Positions 1 through 13,100 of a DNA stretch of 64,000 nucleotides are shown here, one piece after another. The notes beneath the pieces are model-generated. The model did no database searches, had not been told where the DNA came from, and saw only the letters and a list, made by a program, of their open reading frames with translations. Source of the stretch: Centroscyllium fabricii (taxonomy: Eukaryota). Position 1 is the stretch's first letter. Each line of letters begins with the position of its first letter. Made by a program: the position numbers and the translations under genes. Location: assembly GCA_051313645.2 (NCBI GenBank), contig JBNRSN020000031.1, positions 2,480,001-2,544,000 of the forward strand. The letters are read 5' to 3'.

Positions 1-3000
1 CCTTACAGATGCCTTTGGTCCAATGATAATTCAGCATGTGATTACGTGAATATAATAGGTAGTCCTTCCAGATGCCTGTGGGCCAATGATAACTCAGCAC
101 GTGATTACGTGAATATAATAGGTAGTCCTTACAGATGCCTTTGGTCCAATGATAATTCAGCATGTGATTACATGAATATAATAAGTAGTCCTTACAGATG
201 CCTGTGTGCCAATGATAACGCAGCATGTGATTACGTGAATATAATAGGTAGTCCTTCCAGATGCCTGTGGGCCAATGATAACTCAGCATGTGATTACGTG
301 AATATAATAGGTAATCCTTACAGATGCCTGTGGGCCAATTATAACTCAGCATGTGAATACGAGAAAATAATAGGTAGTCCTTACAGATGCCTGTGGGCCA
401 ATGATAACTGAGCATGTGATTACGTGAATATAATAGGTAGTCCTTACAGATGCCTTTGGTCCAATGATAACTCAGCAGGTGATTACGTGCATATTATAGG
501 TAGTCCTTACGGATGCCTGTGGTCCAATGAAAACTATGCATGTGATTACGTGAATATAATACGTAGTCCTTACAGATGCCTGTGGGCCAATGAAAACACA
601 GCATGTGATTACGTGAATATAATAGGTAGTCCTTACAGATGCCTGTGGGCCAAAGATAACTCAGCATGTGATTACGTGAATATAATAGTAGTCCGTACAG
701 ATGCCTGCAGGCCAATGATAACCCAGCATTTGATTACCTGAATACAATAGTAGTCCTTACAGATGACTGTGGGCCAATGATAACACAGCATGTGATTGCG
801 TGAATATAATAGGTTGTCCTTACAGATGCCTGCGGGCCAATGATAACTCAGCATGTGATTACGTGAATACAATAGTAGTCCTTACAGATGCCTGTGGGCC
901 AATGATAACTCAGCATTTGTTTACATGAATACAATAGTAGTCCTTACAGATGCCTGTGGGCCAATGATAACTCAGCAAGTGATTACGTGAATATAATAGT
1001 AGTTCTTACAGATGCCTGCTGGCCAATGATAACTCAGCATGTGATTACGTGAATACAATAGTAGTCCTTACAGATGCCTGTGGGCCAATGATAACTCAGC
1101 ATTTGATTACGTGAATACATTAGTAGTCCTTACAGATGCCTGTGGGCCAATGATAACTCAGCATGCGATTGCGTGAATATAATAGGTAGTCCTTACAGAT
1201 GCCTGCGGGCCAATGATAACTCAGCATGTGGTAAATTGAATACAATAGTAGTCTTTAAAGATGACAGTGGGCCAATGATAACTCAGCATGTGATTACGTC
1301 CATATTATAGGTAGTCCTTACAGATGCCTGTGGCTCAATGACAACTCAGCAGGGGATTACGTGCATATTATAGGTAGTCCTTACAGATGCCTGTGGGCCA
1401 ATGATAACTCAGCATGTGATTACGTGAATATAATAGTAGTCCTTACAGATGCCTGCAGGCCAATGATAACTCAGCATTTGATTACGTGAATACATTAGTA
1501 GTCCTTACAGATGCCTGTTGGCCAATGATAACTCAGCATGTGATTGCGTGAATATAATAGGTAGTCCTTACAGATGCCTGCGGGCCAATGATAACTCAGC
1601 ATGTGGTTAAGTGAATACAATAGTAGTCCTTAAAGATGCCAGTGGACCAATGATATCTCAGCATGTGATTACGTCCATATTATAGGTAGTCCTTACAGAT
1701 GCCTGTGGTTCAATGATAACTCAGCAGGGGATTACGTGCATATTATAGGTAGTCCTTACAGATGCCTGTGGTCCAATGAAAGCTCAGCATGTGATTACAT
1801 GTATATAATAGGTAGTCCTTACAGATGCCTGCGGGCCAATGATAACTCAGCATGTGAATACGTGAATATAATAGGTAGTCCTTACAGATGCCTGTGGGCC
1901 AATGATAACTCAGCATGTGATTACGTTAATATAATAGGTAGTCCTTACAGATGCCTGTGGGCCAATGATAACTCAGCATGTGAATACATGAATATAATAG
2001 GTAGTCCTTTCAGATGCCTGTGGGCCAATGATAACTCAGCATGTGATTATGTGAATACAATAGTAGTCCTTACAGATGCCTGCGGGCCAATGATAACTCA
2101 GCATGTGATTACGTGAATATAATAGGTAGTCCTTACAGATGCCTGTGTGCAATGATAATTCAGCATGTGATTACGTGAATATAATAGGTAGTCCTTACAG
2201 ATGCCTGTGGGCCAATGATAACTCAGCATGAGATTATGTGAATATAATAGGTAGTCCTTACAGATGCCTGTGGGCCAATGATAACTCAGCATGTGATTAC
2301 GTGAATATAATAGTTAGTCCTTACAGATGCCTGTGGGCCAATGATAACTCAGCATGTGATTACGTTAATATAATAGGTAATCCATACAGATGCCTGCGGG
2401 TCAATGATAACTGAGCATGTGATTACGTGAATACAATAGTAGTCCTTACAGATGACTGTGGGCCAATGATAACTCAGCATTTGATTACGTGAATACAATA
2501 GTAATCCTTACAGACGCCTGTGGGCCAATGATAACTCAGCAAGTGATTACTTGAATATAATAGTAGTCCTTACAGATGCCTGTGGGCCAATGATAACTCA
2601 GCATGTGATTACATGAATATAATAGGTAGTCCTTACAGATGCCTGCGGGCCAATGATAACACAGCATGTGATCACATGAATATAATTGGTAGTCCTTACA
2701 AATGTCTGCGGGCCAATGATAACTCAGCATGTGATTAGGTGAATATAATACGTAGTCCTTACAGATGCCTGTGGGCCAATGAAAACTCAGCATGTGATTA
2801 CGTGAATATAATAGGTAGTCCTTAAAGATGCCTGTGTGCCAATGATAACTCAGCATGTGATTACGTGAATATAAGAGTAGTCCTTACAGATGATTGCAAA
2901 CCAATGATAACTCAGCATTTGATTACGTGAATACAATAGTAGTCCTTACAGATGACTGTGTGCCAATGATAACTCAGCATGTGATTGCGTGAATATAATA

Positions 3001-5029
3001 GGTAGTCCTTACAGATGCCTGCGGGCCAATGATAACTCAGCATGTGGTTAAATGAATACAATAGTAGTCCTTAAAGATGCCAGTGGGCCAATGATAACTC
3101 AGCATGTGAATACGTGAATATAATAGGTAGTCCTTTCAGATGCCTGTGGGCCAATAATAACTCAGCATGTGATAATGTGAATACAATAGTAGTCCTTACA
3201 GATGCCTGCGGGCCAATGATAACTCAGCATGTGATTACATGAATATAATAGGTAGTCCTTAAAGATGCCAGTGGGCCAATGATAACTCAGCATGTGATTT
3301 CGTCCATATTATAGGTAGTCCTTACAGATGCCTGTGGGTCAATGATAACTCAGCAGGTGATTACGTGCATATTATAGGTAGTCCTTACAGATGCCTGTGG
3401 TCCAATGAAAACTCAGCATGTGATTACGTGAATATAATAGGTAGTCCTTACAGATGCCTGTGGGCCAATGATAACTGAGCATGAGATTACGTAAATATAA
3501 CAGGTAGTTCTTACAGATGCCTGTGGGCCAATGATAACTCAGCATGTGAATATGTGAATATAATAGGTAGTCCTTTCAGATGCCTGTGGGCCAATGATAA
3601 CACAGCATGTGATTATGTGAATACAATAGTAGTCCTTACAGATGCCTGCGGGCCAATGATAACTCAGCATGTGATTACGTGAATATAATAGGTAGTCCTT
3701 ACAGATGCCTGTGGGCAATGATAATTCAGCATGTGATTACGTGAATATAATAGGTAGTCCTTACAGATGCCTGTGGGCCAATGATAACTCAGCATGTGAT
3801 AACGTGAATATAATAGGTAATCCTTACAGATGCCTGTGTGCCAATGATAACTCAGCATGTGATTACGTGAATATAATAGGTAGTCCTTACAGATGCCTGT
3901 GGGCCAATGATAACATAGCAAGTGATTACGTGAATATAATAGGTAGTCCATACAGATGCCTGCGGGCCAATGATAACTCAGCATGTGATTACGTGAATAC
4001 AATAGTAGTCCTTACAGATGCCTGTGGGCTAATGATAACTCAGCATTTGATTACGTGAATACAAAAGTAGTCCTTACAGATGCCTGTGGGCCAATGATAA
4101 CTCAGCAAGTGATTACGTGAATACAATAGTAGTCCTTACAGATGCCTGTGGGCCAATGATAACTCAGCATGTGATTACATGAATATAATAGGTAGTCCTT
4201 ACAGATGCCTGCGGGCCAATGATAACTCAGCATGTGATTACGTGAATACAATAGTAGTCCTTACAGATGCCTGTGGGCCAATGATAACTCAGCATTTGAT
4301 AACGTGAATAGAATAGTTGTCCTTACAGATGCCTGTGGGCCAATGATAACACAGCATGTGATCACATGAATATAATTGGTAATCCTTACAGATGCCTGCG
4401 GGCCAATGATAACTCAGCATGTGATTAGGTGAATATAATAAGTAGTCCTTACAGATGCCTGTGGGCCAATGATAACTCAGCATGTGATTACGTAAATATA
4501 ATAGGTAGTTCTTACAGATGCCTGTGGGCCAATGATAACTCAGCATGTGAATACGTGAATATAATAGGTAGTCCTTTCAGATGCCTGTGGGCCAATGATA
4601 ACTCAGCATGTGATTATGTGAATACAATAGTAGTCCTTACAGATGCCTGCGGGCCAATGATAACTCAGCATGTGATTACGTGAATATAATAGGTAGTCCT
4701 TACAGATGCCTGTGGGCAATAATAATTCAGCATGTGATTACGTGAATATAATAGGTAGTCCTTACAGATGCCTGTGGGCCAATGATAACTCAGCATGAGA
4801 TTACGTGAATACAATAGTAGTCCTTACAGATGCCTGTGGGCCAATGATAACTCAGCATTTGATTACGTGAATACAATAGTAGTCCTTACAGACGCCTGTG
4901 GGCCAATGATAACTCAGCAAGTGATTACGTGAATATAATAGTAGTCCTTACAGATGCCTGTGGGACAATCATAACTCAGCATGTGATTACATGAATATAA
5001 TAGGTAGTCCTTACAGATGCCTGCGGGCC

Positions 5030-6545
5030 AATGATAACACAGCATGTGATCACATGAATATAATTGGTAGTCCTTACAGATGCCTGCGGGCCAATGATAA
5101 CTCAGTATGTGATTAGGTGAATATAATACGTAATCCTTACAGATGCCTGTGGGCCAATGAAAACTCAGCATGTGATTACGTGAATATAATAGGTAGTCCT
5201 TACAGATGCCTTTGGGCCAATGATAACTCAGCATGTGATTACGTGAATATAATAGTAGTCCTTACAGATGCCTGCAGGCCAATGATAACTCAGCATTTGA
5301 TTACGTGAATACAATAGTAGTCCTTACAAATGACTGTGGGCCAATGATAACTCAGCATGTGATTGCGTGAATAAAATAGGTAGTCCTTACAGATGCCTGC
5401 GGGCCAATGATAACTCAGCATGTGATTACGTGAATACAATAGTAGTCCTTACAGATGCCTGTGGGCCAATGATAACTCAGCATTTGATTACGTGAATACA
5501 ATTGTAGTCCTTACAGATGCCTGTGGGCCAAAGATAACTCAGCAAGTGATTACGTGAATATAATAGTTGTCCTTACAGATGCCTGTGGGCCAATGATAAC
5601 ACAGCATGTGATCACATGAATATAATTGGTAGTCCTTACAGATGCCTGTGGGCCAATGATAACTCAGCATGTGATTAGGTGAATATAATACGTAGTCCTT
5701 ACAGATGCCTGTGGGCCAATGAAAACTCAGCATGTGATTACGTGAATATAATAGGTAGTCCTTACAGATGCCTGTGGGCCAATGATAACTCAGCATGTGA
5801 TTACGTGAATATAATAGTAGTCCTTACAGATGCCTGCAGGCCAATGATAACTCAGCATTTGATTACGTGAATACAATAGTAGTCCTTACAAATGACTGTG
5901 GGCCAATGATAAATCAGCATGTGATTGCGTGAATATAATAGGTAGTCCTTACAGATGCCTGCGGGCCAATGATAACTCAGCATGTGATTACGTGAATACA
6001 ATAGTAGTCCTTACAGATGCCTGTGGGCCAATGATAACTCAGCATTTGATTACGTGAATACAATTGTAGTCCTTACAGATGCCTGTGGGCCAATGATAAC
6101 TCAGCAAGTGATTACGTGAATATAATAGTAGTCCTTACAGATGCCTGTGGGCCAATGATAACACAGCATGTGATCACATGAATATAATTGGTAGTCCTTA
6201 CAGATGCCTGCGGGCCAATGATAACTCAGCATGTGATTAGGTGAATATAATACGTAGTCCTTACAGATGCCTGTGGGCCAATGAAAACTCAGCATGTGAT
6301 TATGTGAATATAATAGGTAGTCCTTACAGATGCCTGTTGGCCAATGATAACTCAGCATGTGATTACGTGAATATAATAGTAGTCCTTACAGATGCCTGCA
6401 GGCCAATGATAACTCAGCATTTGATTACGTGAATTCACTAGTAGTCCTTACAGATGCCTGTGGGCCAATGATAACTCAGCATGTGATTGCGTGAATATAA
6501 TAGGTAGTCCTTACAGATGCCTGCGGGCCAATGATAACTCAGCAT
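5030..6545 (+). repeat. 562-bp (9-monomer) higher-order repeat, ~2.7 copies
   Basis: ORF starts 5117/5679/6241 and 5539/6101 are spaced by exactly 562, with the same order of variants (GATCACATG, GATTAGGTG, CTGCAGG, CAAGTG). Confidence 0.85.
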
Positions 6546-9500
6546 GTGGTTAAGTGAATACAATAGTAGTCCTTAAAGATGCCAGTGGGCCAATGATAAC
6601 TCAGCATGTGATTACGTCCATATTATAGGTAGTCCTTACAGATGCCTGTGGGTCAATGATAACTCAGCAGGTGATTACGTGCATATTATAGGTAGTCGTT
6701 ACAGATGCCTGTGGTCCAATGAAAACTCAGCATGTGATTACGTGAATATAATAGGTAGTCCTTACAGATGCCTGTGGGCCAATGATAACTCAGCATGTGA
6801 TTACGTAAATATAATAGGTAGTTCTTACAGATGCCTGTGGGCCAATGATATCTCAGCATGTGAATACGTGAATATAATAGGTAGTCCTTTGAGATGCCTG
6901 TGGGCCAATGATAACTCAGCATGTGATTATGTGAATACAATAGTAGTCCTTACAGATGCCTGCGGGCCAATGATAACTCAGCATGTGATTACGTGAATAT
7001 AATAGGTAGTCCTTGCAGATGCCTGTGGGCAATGATAATTCAGCATGTGATTACATGAATATAATAGGTAGTCCTTACAGATGCCTGTGGGCCAATGATA
7101 ACTCAGCATGTGATTACGTGAATATAATAGGTAGTCCTTACAGATGCCTGTGGGCCAATGATAACTCAGCATGGGATTACGTGAATATAATAGGTAGTCC
7201 ATACAGATGCCTGCAAGCCAATGATAACTCAGCATGTGATTATGTGAATATAATAGGCAGTCCTTACAAATGCCTGTGGGCCAATGATAACCCAGCATGT
7301 GATTACGTGAATATAATAGGTAGTCATTCCAGATGCCTATGGGTCAATGATAACTCAGCATGTGATTACGTAAATATAATAGGTAGTCCTTACAGATGCC
7401 TGTGCGCCAATGATAACTCAGCATGTGATTACGTGAATACAATAGTAGTCCTTACACATGCCTTTGGTCCAATGATAATTCAGCATGTGATTACGTGAAT
7501 ATAATAGGTAGTCCTTCCAGATGCCTGTTGGCCAATGATATCTCAGCATGTGATTACGTGAATATAATAGGTAGTCCTTACAGATGCCTTTGGTCCAATG
7601 ATAATTCAGCATGTGATTACATGAATATAATAGGTAGTCCTTACAGATGCCTGTGTGCCAATGATAACGCAGCATGTGATTACGTGAATATAATAGGTAG
7701 TCCTTCCAGATGCCTGTGGGCCAATGATAACTCAGCATGTGATTACGTGAATATAATAGGTAATCCTTACAGATGCCTGTGGGCCAATTATAACTCAGCA
7801 TGTGAATACGAGAAAATAATAGGTAGTCCTTACAGATGCCTGTGGGCCAATGATAACTGAGCATGTGATTACGTGAATATAATAGGTAGTCCTTACAGAT
7901 GCCTGTGGGCCAATGATAACTCAGCATGTGATTACGTAAATATAATAGGTAGTTCTTACAGATGCCTGTGGGCCAATGATATCTCAGCATGTGAATACGT
8001 GAATATAATAGGTAGTCCTTTGAGATGCCTGTGGGCCAATGATAACTCAGCATGTGATTATGTGAATACAATAGTAGTCCTTACAGATGCCTGCGGGCCA
8101 ATGATAACTCAGCATGTGATTACGTGAATATAATAGGTAGTCCTTACAGATGCCTGTGGGCAATGATAATTCAGCATGTGATTACATGAATATAATAGGT
8201 AGTCCTTACAGATGCCTGTGGGCCAATGATAACTCAACATGTGATTACGTGAATATAATAGGTAGTCCTTACAGATGCCTTTGGTCCAATGATAACTCAG
8301 CAGGTGATTACGTGCATATTATAAGTAGTCCTTACGGATGCCTGTGGTCCAATGAAAACTATGCATGTGATTACGTGAATATAATACGTAGTCCTTACAG
8401 ATGCCTGTGGGCCAATGAAAACACAGCATGTGATTACGTGAATATAATAGGTAGTCCTTACAGATGCCTGTTGGCCAATGATAATTCAGCATGTGATTAC
8501 GTTAATATAGTTGTAGTCCTTACAGATGCCTGCAGGCCAATGATAACCCAGCAATTGATTATGTGAATACAATAGTAGTCCTTACAGATGACTGTGGGCC
8601 AATGATAACTCAGCATGTGATTGCGTGAATATAATAGGTAGTCCTTACAGATGCCTGCGGGCCAATGATAACTCAGCATGTGATTACGTGAATACAATAG
8701 TAGTCCTTACAGATGCCTGTGGGCCAATGATAACTCAGCATTTGATTACGTGAATACAATAGTAGTCCTTACAGATGCCTGTGGGCCAATGATAACTCAG
8801 CAAGTGATTACGTGAATATAATAGTAGTCCATACAGATGCCTGCGGGCCAATGATAACTCAGCATGTGATTACGTGAATACAATAGTAGTCCTTACAGAT
8901 GCCTGTGGGCCAATGATAACTCAGCATTTGATTACGTGAATACAATAGTAGTCCTTACAGATGCATGTGGGCCAATGATAACACAGCATGTGATTAGGTG
9001 AATATAATACGTAGTCCTTACAGATGCCTGTGGGCCAATGAAAACTCAGCATGTGATTACGTGAATATAATAGGTAGTCCTTACAGATGCCTGTGGGCCA
9101 ATGATAACTCAGCATGTGATTACGTGAATATAATAGTAGTCCTTACAGATGCCTGCAGGCCAATGATAACTCAGCATTTGATTACGTGAATACATTAGTA
9201 GTCCTTACAGATGCCTGTTGGCCAATGATAACTCAGCATGCGATTGCGTGAATATAATAGGTAGTCCTTACAGATGCCTGCAGGCCAATGATAACTCAGC
9301 ATGTGGTTAATTGAATACAATAGTAGTCCTTAAAGATGCCAGTGGGCCAATGATAACTCAGCATGTGATTATGTCCATATTATAGGTAGTCCTTACAGAT
9401 GCCTGTGGGTCAATGATAACTCAGCAGGGGATTACGTGCATATTATAGGTAGTCCTTACAGATGCCTGTGGTCCAATGAAAACTCAGCATGTGATTACAT

Positions 9501-9712
9501 GAATATAATAGGTAGTCCTTACAGATGCCTGTGGGCCAATGATAACTCAGCATGTGATTACGTAAATATAATAGGTAGTTCTTACAGATGCCTGTGGGCC
9601 AATGATAACTCAGCATGTGAATACGTGAATATAATAGGTAGTCCTTTCAGATGCCTCTGGGCCAACGAAAACTCAGCAATTGATTATGTGAATACAATAG
9701 TTGTCCTTACAG

Positions 9713-10063
9713 ATGCTGCCGGGAATGGGAGGAAGGTCATACGAGGAGAGGTTGAGGGAGCTGGGACTCTTCTCCCTGGAACGGAGAAGGAAGAGGGGGG
9801 ACTTGATAGAGATGTTTAAAATGATGAAGGGGATCGATAGAGTAAACGTGCAAAGACTGTTTCCCCGGGCGGGAAGAACGTCAACAAGAGGACACGAGCA
9901 CAGGATTCAAGGAGGAAGATTCAGAAGGGATGGCAGGGGCAGGTTCTTTACACAGAGAGTGGTCGGGGAATGGAATAGGCTACCATCTGAAATAGTGGAT
10001 GCGGACAGTCTGGGTGCTTTTAAAAGGATGATAGACAGGTACATGGAGGGGAAGGAACAGTAG
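9713..10063 (+). pseudogene. CR1 ORF2 C-terminal fragment (post-RT region), copy 1
   Basis: Open 116-codon frame ending TAG at 10061-10063, with motifs YEERL, L.L.SLE.RR.RGDLI, TRGH, FFTQRVV..WN.LP. Endonuclease and RT domains are absent. Confidence 0.9.
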
Positions 10064-10157
10064 GGGGGAAAGGAAAAATCAGAGATGGACTAAGGGCGGC
10101 ACTACATTGAGGGCCCAAGGGCCTGTACAGTGCTGTATGTTCTATGTTCTATGTTCT
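9717..10157 (+). mobile_element. 5'-truncated CR1-clade non-LTR retrotransposon, family A, copy 1 (441 bp)
   Basis: Abrupt switch from satellite after CCTTACAGATGC. Translation MLPGMGGRSYEERLRELGLFSLERRRKRGDLIEMFKMMKG...TRGH...FFTQRVVGEWNRLP matches the conserved CR1 ORF2 C-terminus. It is followed by a short 3' UTR with hairpin and a (TATGTTC)3 tail, and the satellite resumes at ATAACTCAGC. Confidence 0.95.
10097..10135 (+). other. CR1 3' UTR stem-loop, family A
   Basis: CGGCAC-TACA-ttgag-GGCC-caag-GGCC-TGTA-ca-GTGCTG: nested complementary arms directly upstream of the tail, as is typical of CR1/L2 3' ends. Confidence 0.7.
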
Positions 10158-10159
10158 AT
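10136..10159 (+). repeat. CR1 3' microsatellite tail (TATGTTC)3 TAT
   Basis: Read directly. The final AT overlaps the resumed satellite ATAACTC. Confidence 0.92.
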
Positions 10160-13100
10160 AACTCAGCATGTGATTACGTGAATATAATAGGTAGTCCTTA
10201 CAGATGCCTGTGGGACAATGATAACACATCATGTGATTACGTGAATATAATAGGTAGTCCTTACAGAGGCCTGTGGGCCAATGATAACTCAGCATGTGAT
10301 TAGGTGAATATAATAGGTAGTCCTTACAGATGCCTGTGGGCCAATGATAACTCAGCATGGGATTACGTGAATATAATAGGTAGTCCATACAGATGCCTGC
10401 AAGCCAATGATAACTCAGCATGTGATTATGTGAATATAATAGGCAGTCCTTACAAATGCCTGTGGGCCAATTATAACTCAGCATGTGAATACGTGAATAT
10501 AATAGGTAATCCTTACAGATGCCTTTGGTCCAATGATTACTCAGCAGGTGATTACGTGCATATTATAGGTAGTCCTTACGGATGCCTGTGGCCCGATGAA
10601 AACTATGCATGTGATTACGTGAATATAATAGGTAGTCCTTACAGATGTCTGTGGGCCAATGATAACTCAGCATGTGAATACGTGAATATAATAGGTAGAC
10701 CTTTCAGATGCCTGTGGGCCAATGATAACTCAGCAGGTGATTATGTGAATACAATTGTAGTCCTTACAGATGCCTGCGGGCCAATGATAACTCAGCATGT
10801 GATTACGTAAATATAATAGGTAGTCCTTACAGATGCCTGTGGGCCAATGATAACTCAGCATGTGATTACGTAAATATAGTAGGTAGCTCTTACAGATGCC
10901 TGTGGGTCAATGATAACTCAGCTTGTGATTAGGTGAATATAATACGTAGTCCTTACAGATGCCTGTGGGCCATTGAAAACTCAGCATGTGATTACGTGAA
11001 TATAATAGGTAGTCCTTAAAGATGCCTGTGGGCCAATGATAACTCAGCATGTGATTACGTGAATATAAGAGTAGTCCTTACAGATGATTGCAGGCCAATG
11101 ATAACTCAGCAAGTGATTACGTGAATATAATAGTAGTCCTTACAGATGCCTGTGGGCCAATGATAACACAGCATGTGATCACATGAATATAATTGGTAGT
11201 CCTTACAGATGCCTGCGGGCCAATGATAACTCAGCATGTGATTAGGTGAATATAATACGTAGTCCTTACAGATGCCTGTGGGCCAATGAAAACTCAGCAT
11301 GTGATTACGTGAATATAATAGGTAGTCCTTACAGATGCCTGTTGGCCAATGATAACTCAGCATGTGATTACGTGAATATAATAGTAGTCCTTACAGATGC
11401 CTGCAGGCCAATGATAACTCAGCATTTGATTACGTGAATTCATTAGTAGTCCTTACAGATGCCTGTGGGCCAATGATAACTCAGCATGTGATTGCGTGAA
11501 TATAATAGGTAGTCCTTACAGATGCCTGCGGGCCAATGATAACTCAGCATGTGGTTAAGTGAATACAATAGTAGTCCTTAAAGATGCCAGTGGGCCAATG
11601 ATAACTCAGCATGTGATTACGTCCATATTATAGGTAGTCCTTACAGATGCTGTGGGTCAATGATAACTCAGCAGGTGATTACGAGCATATTATAGGTAGT
11701 CCTTACTGATGCCTGTGGTCCAATGAAAACTCAGCATGTGATTACGTGAATATAATAGGTAGTCCTTACAGATGCCTGTGGGCCAATGATAACTCAGCAT
11801 GTGATTATGTAAATATAATAGGTAGTTCTTACAGATGCCTGTGGGCCAATGATATCTCAGCATGTGAATACGTGAATATAATAGGTAGTCCTTTGAGATG
11901 CCTGTGGGCCAATGATAACTCAGCATGTGATTATGTGAATACAATAGTAGTCCTTACAGATGCCTGCGGGCCAATGATAACTCAGCATGTGATTACGTGA
12001 ATATAATAGGTAGTCCTTACAGATGCCTGTGGGCAATGATAATTCAGCATGTGATTACATGAATATAATAGGTAGTCCTTACAGATGCCTGTGGGCCAAT
12101 GATAACTCAGCATGTGATTACATGAATATAATAGGTAGTCCTTACAGATGCCTGTGGGCCAATGATAACTCAGCATGGGATTACGTGAATATAATAGGTA
12201 GTCCATACAGATGCCTGCAAGCCAATGATAAATCAGCATGTGATTATGTGAATATAATAGGCAGTCCTTACAAATGCCTGTGGGCCAATGATAACCCAGC
12301 ATGTGATTACGTGAATATAATAGGTAGTCATTCCAGATGCCTATGGGTCAATGATAACTCAGCATGTGATTACGTAAATATAATAGGTAGTCCTTACAGA
12401 TGCCTGTGCGCCAATGATAACTCAGCATGTGATTACGTGAATACAAAAGTAGTCCTTACACATGCCTTTGGTCCAATGATAATTCAGCATGTGATTACGT
12501 GAATATAATAGGTAGTCCTTCCAGATGCCTGTTGGCCAATGATATCTCAGCATGTGATTACGTGAATATAATAGGTAGTCCTTACAGATGCCTTTGGTCC
12601 AATGATAATTCAGCATGTGATTACATGAATATAATAGGTAGTCCTTACAGATGCCTGTGTGCCAATGATAACGCAGCATGTGATTACGTGAATATAATAG
12701 GTAGTCCTTCCAGATGCCTGTGGGCCAATGATAACTCAGCATGTGAATACGAGAAAATAATAGGTAGTCCTTACAGATGCCTGTGGGCCAATGATAACTG
12801 ACCATGTGATTACGTGAATATAATAGGTAGTCCTTACAGATGCCTGTGGGCCAATGATAACTCAACATGTGATTACGTGAATATAATAGGTAGTCCTTAC
12901 AGATGCCTTTGGTCCAATGATAACTCAGCAGGTGATTACGTGCATATTATAAGTAGTCCTTACGGATGCCTGTGGTCCAATGAAAACTATGCATGTGATT
13001 ACGTGAATATAATACGTAGTCCTTACAGATGCCTGTGGGCCAATGAAAACACAGCATGTGATTACATGAATATAATAGGTAGTCCTTACAGATGCCTGTG

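Noticed and set aside
50-56. TATAAT as a bacterial -10 promoter
   Set aside because: The sequence is eukaryotic satellite DNA, with no matching -35 element or downstream gene.
1-63. CENP-B box, telomeric repeat, tRNA/5S/snRNA-derived unit
   Set aside because: No TTCG....A..CGGG, no TTAGGG runs, and no recognisable pol III boxes or cloverleaf in the monomer.
9436-9819. Chimeric satellite-LINE ORFs (also 14064, 20889, 42744)
   Set aside because: Accidental read-through across junctions into a non-ORF2 frame.
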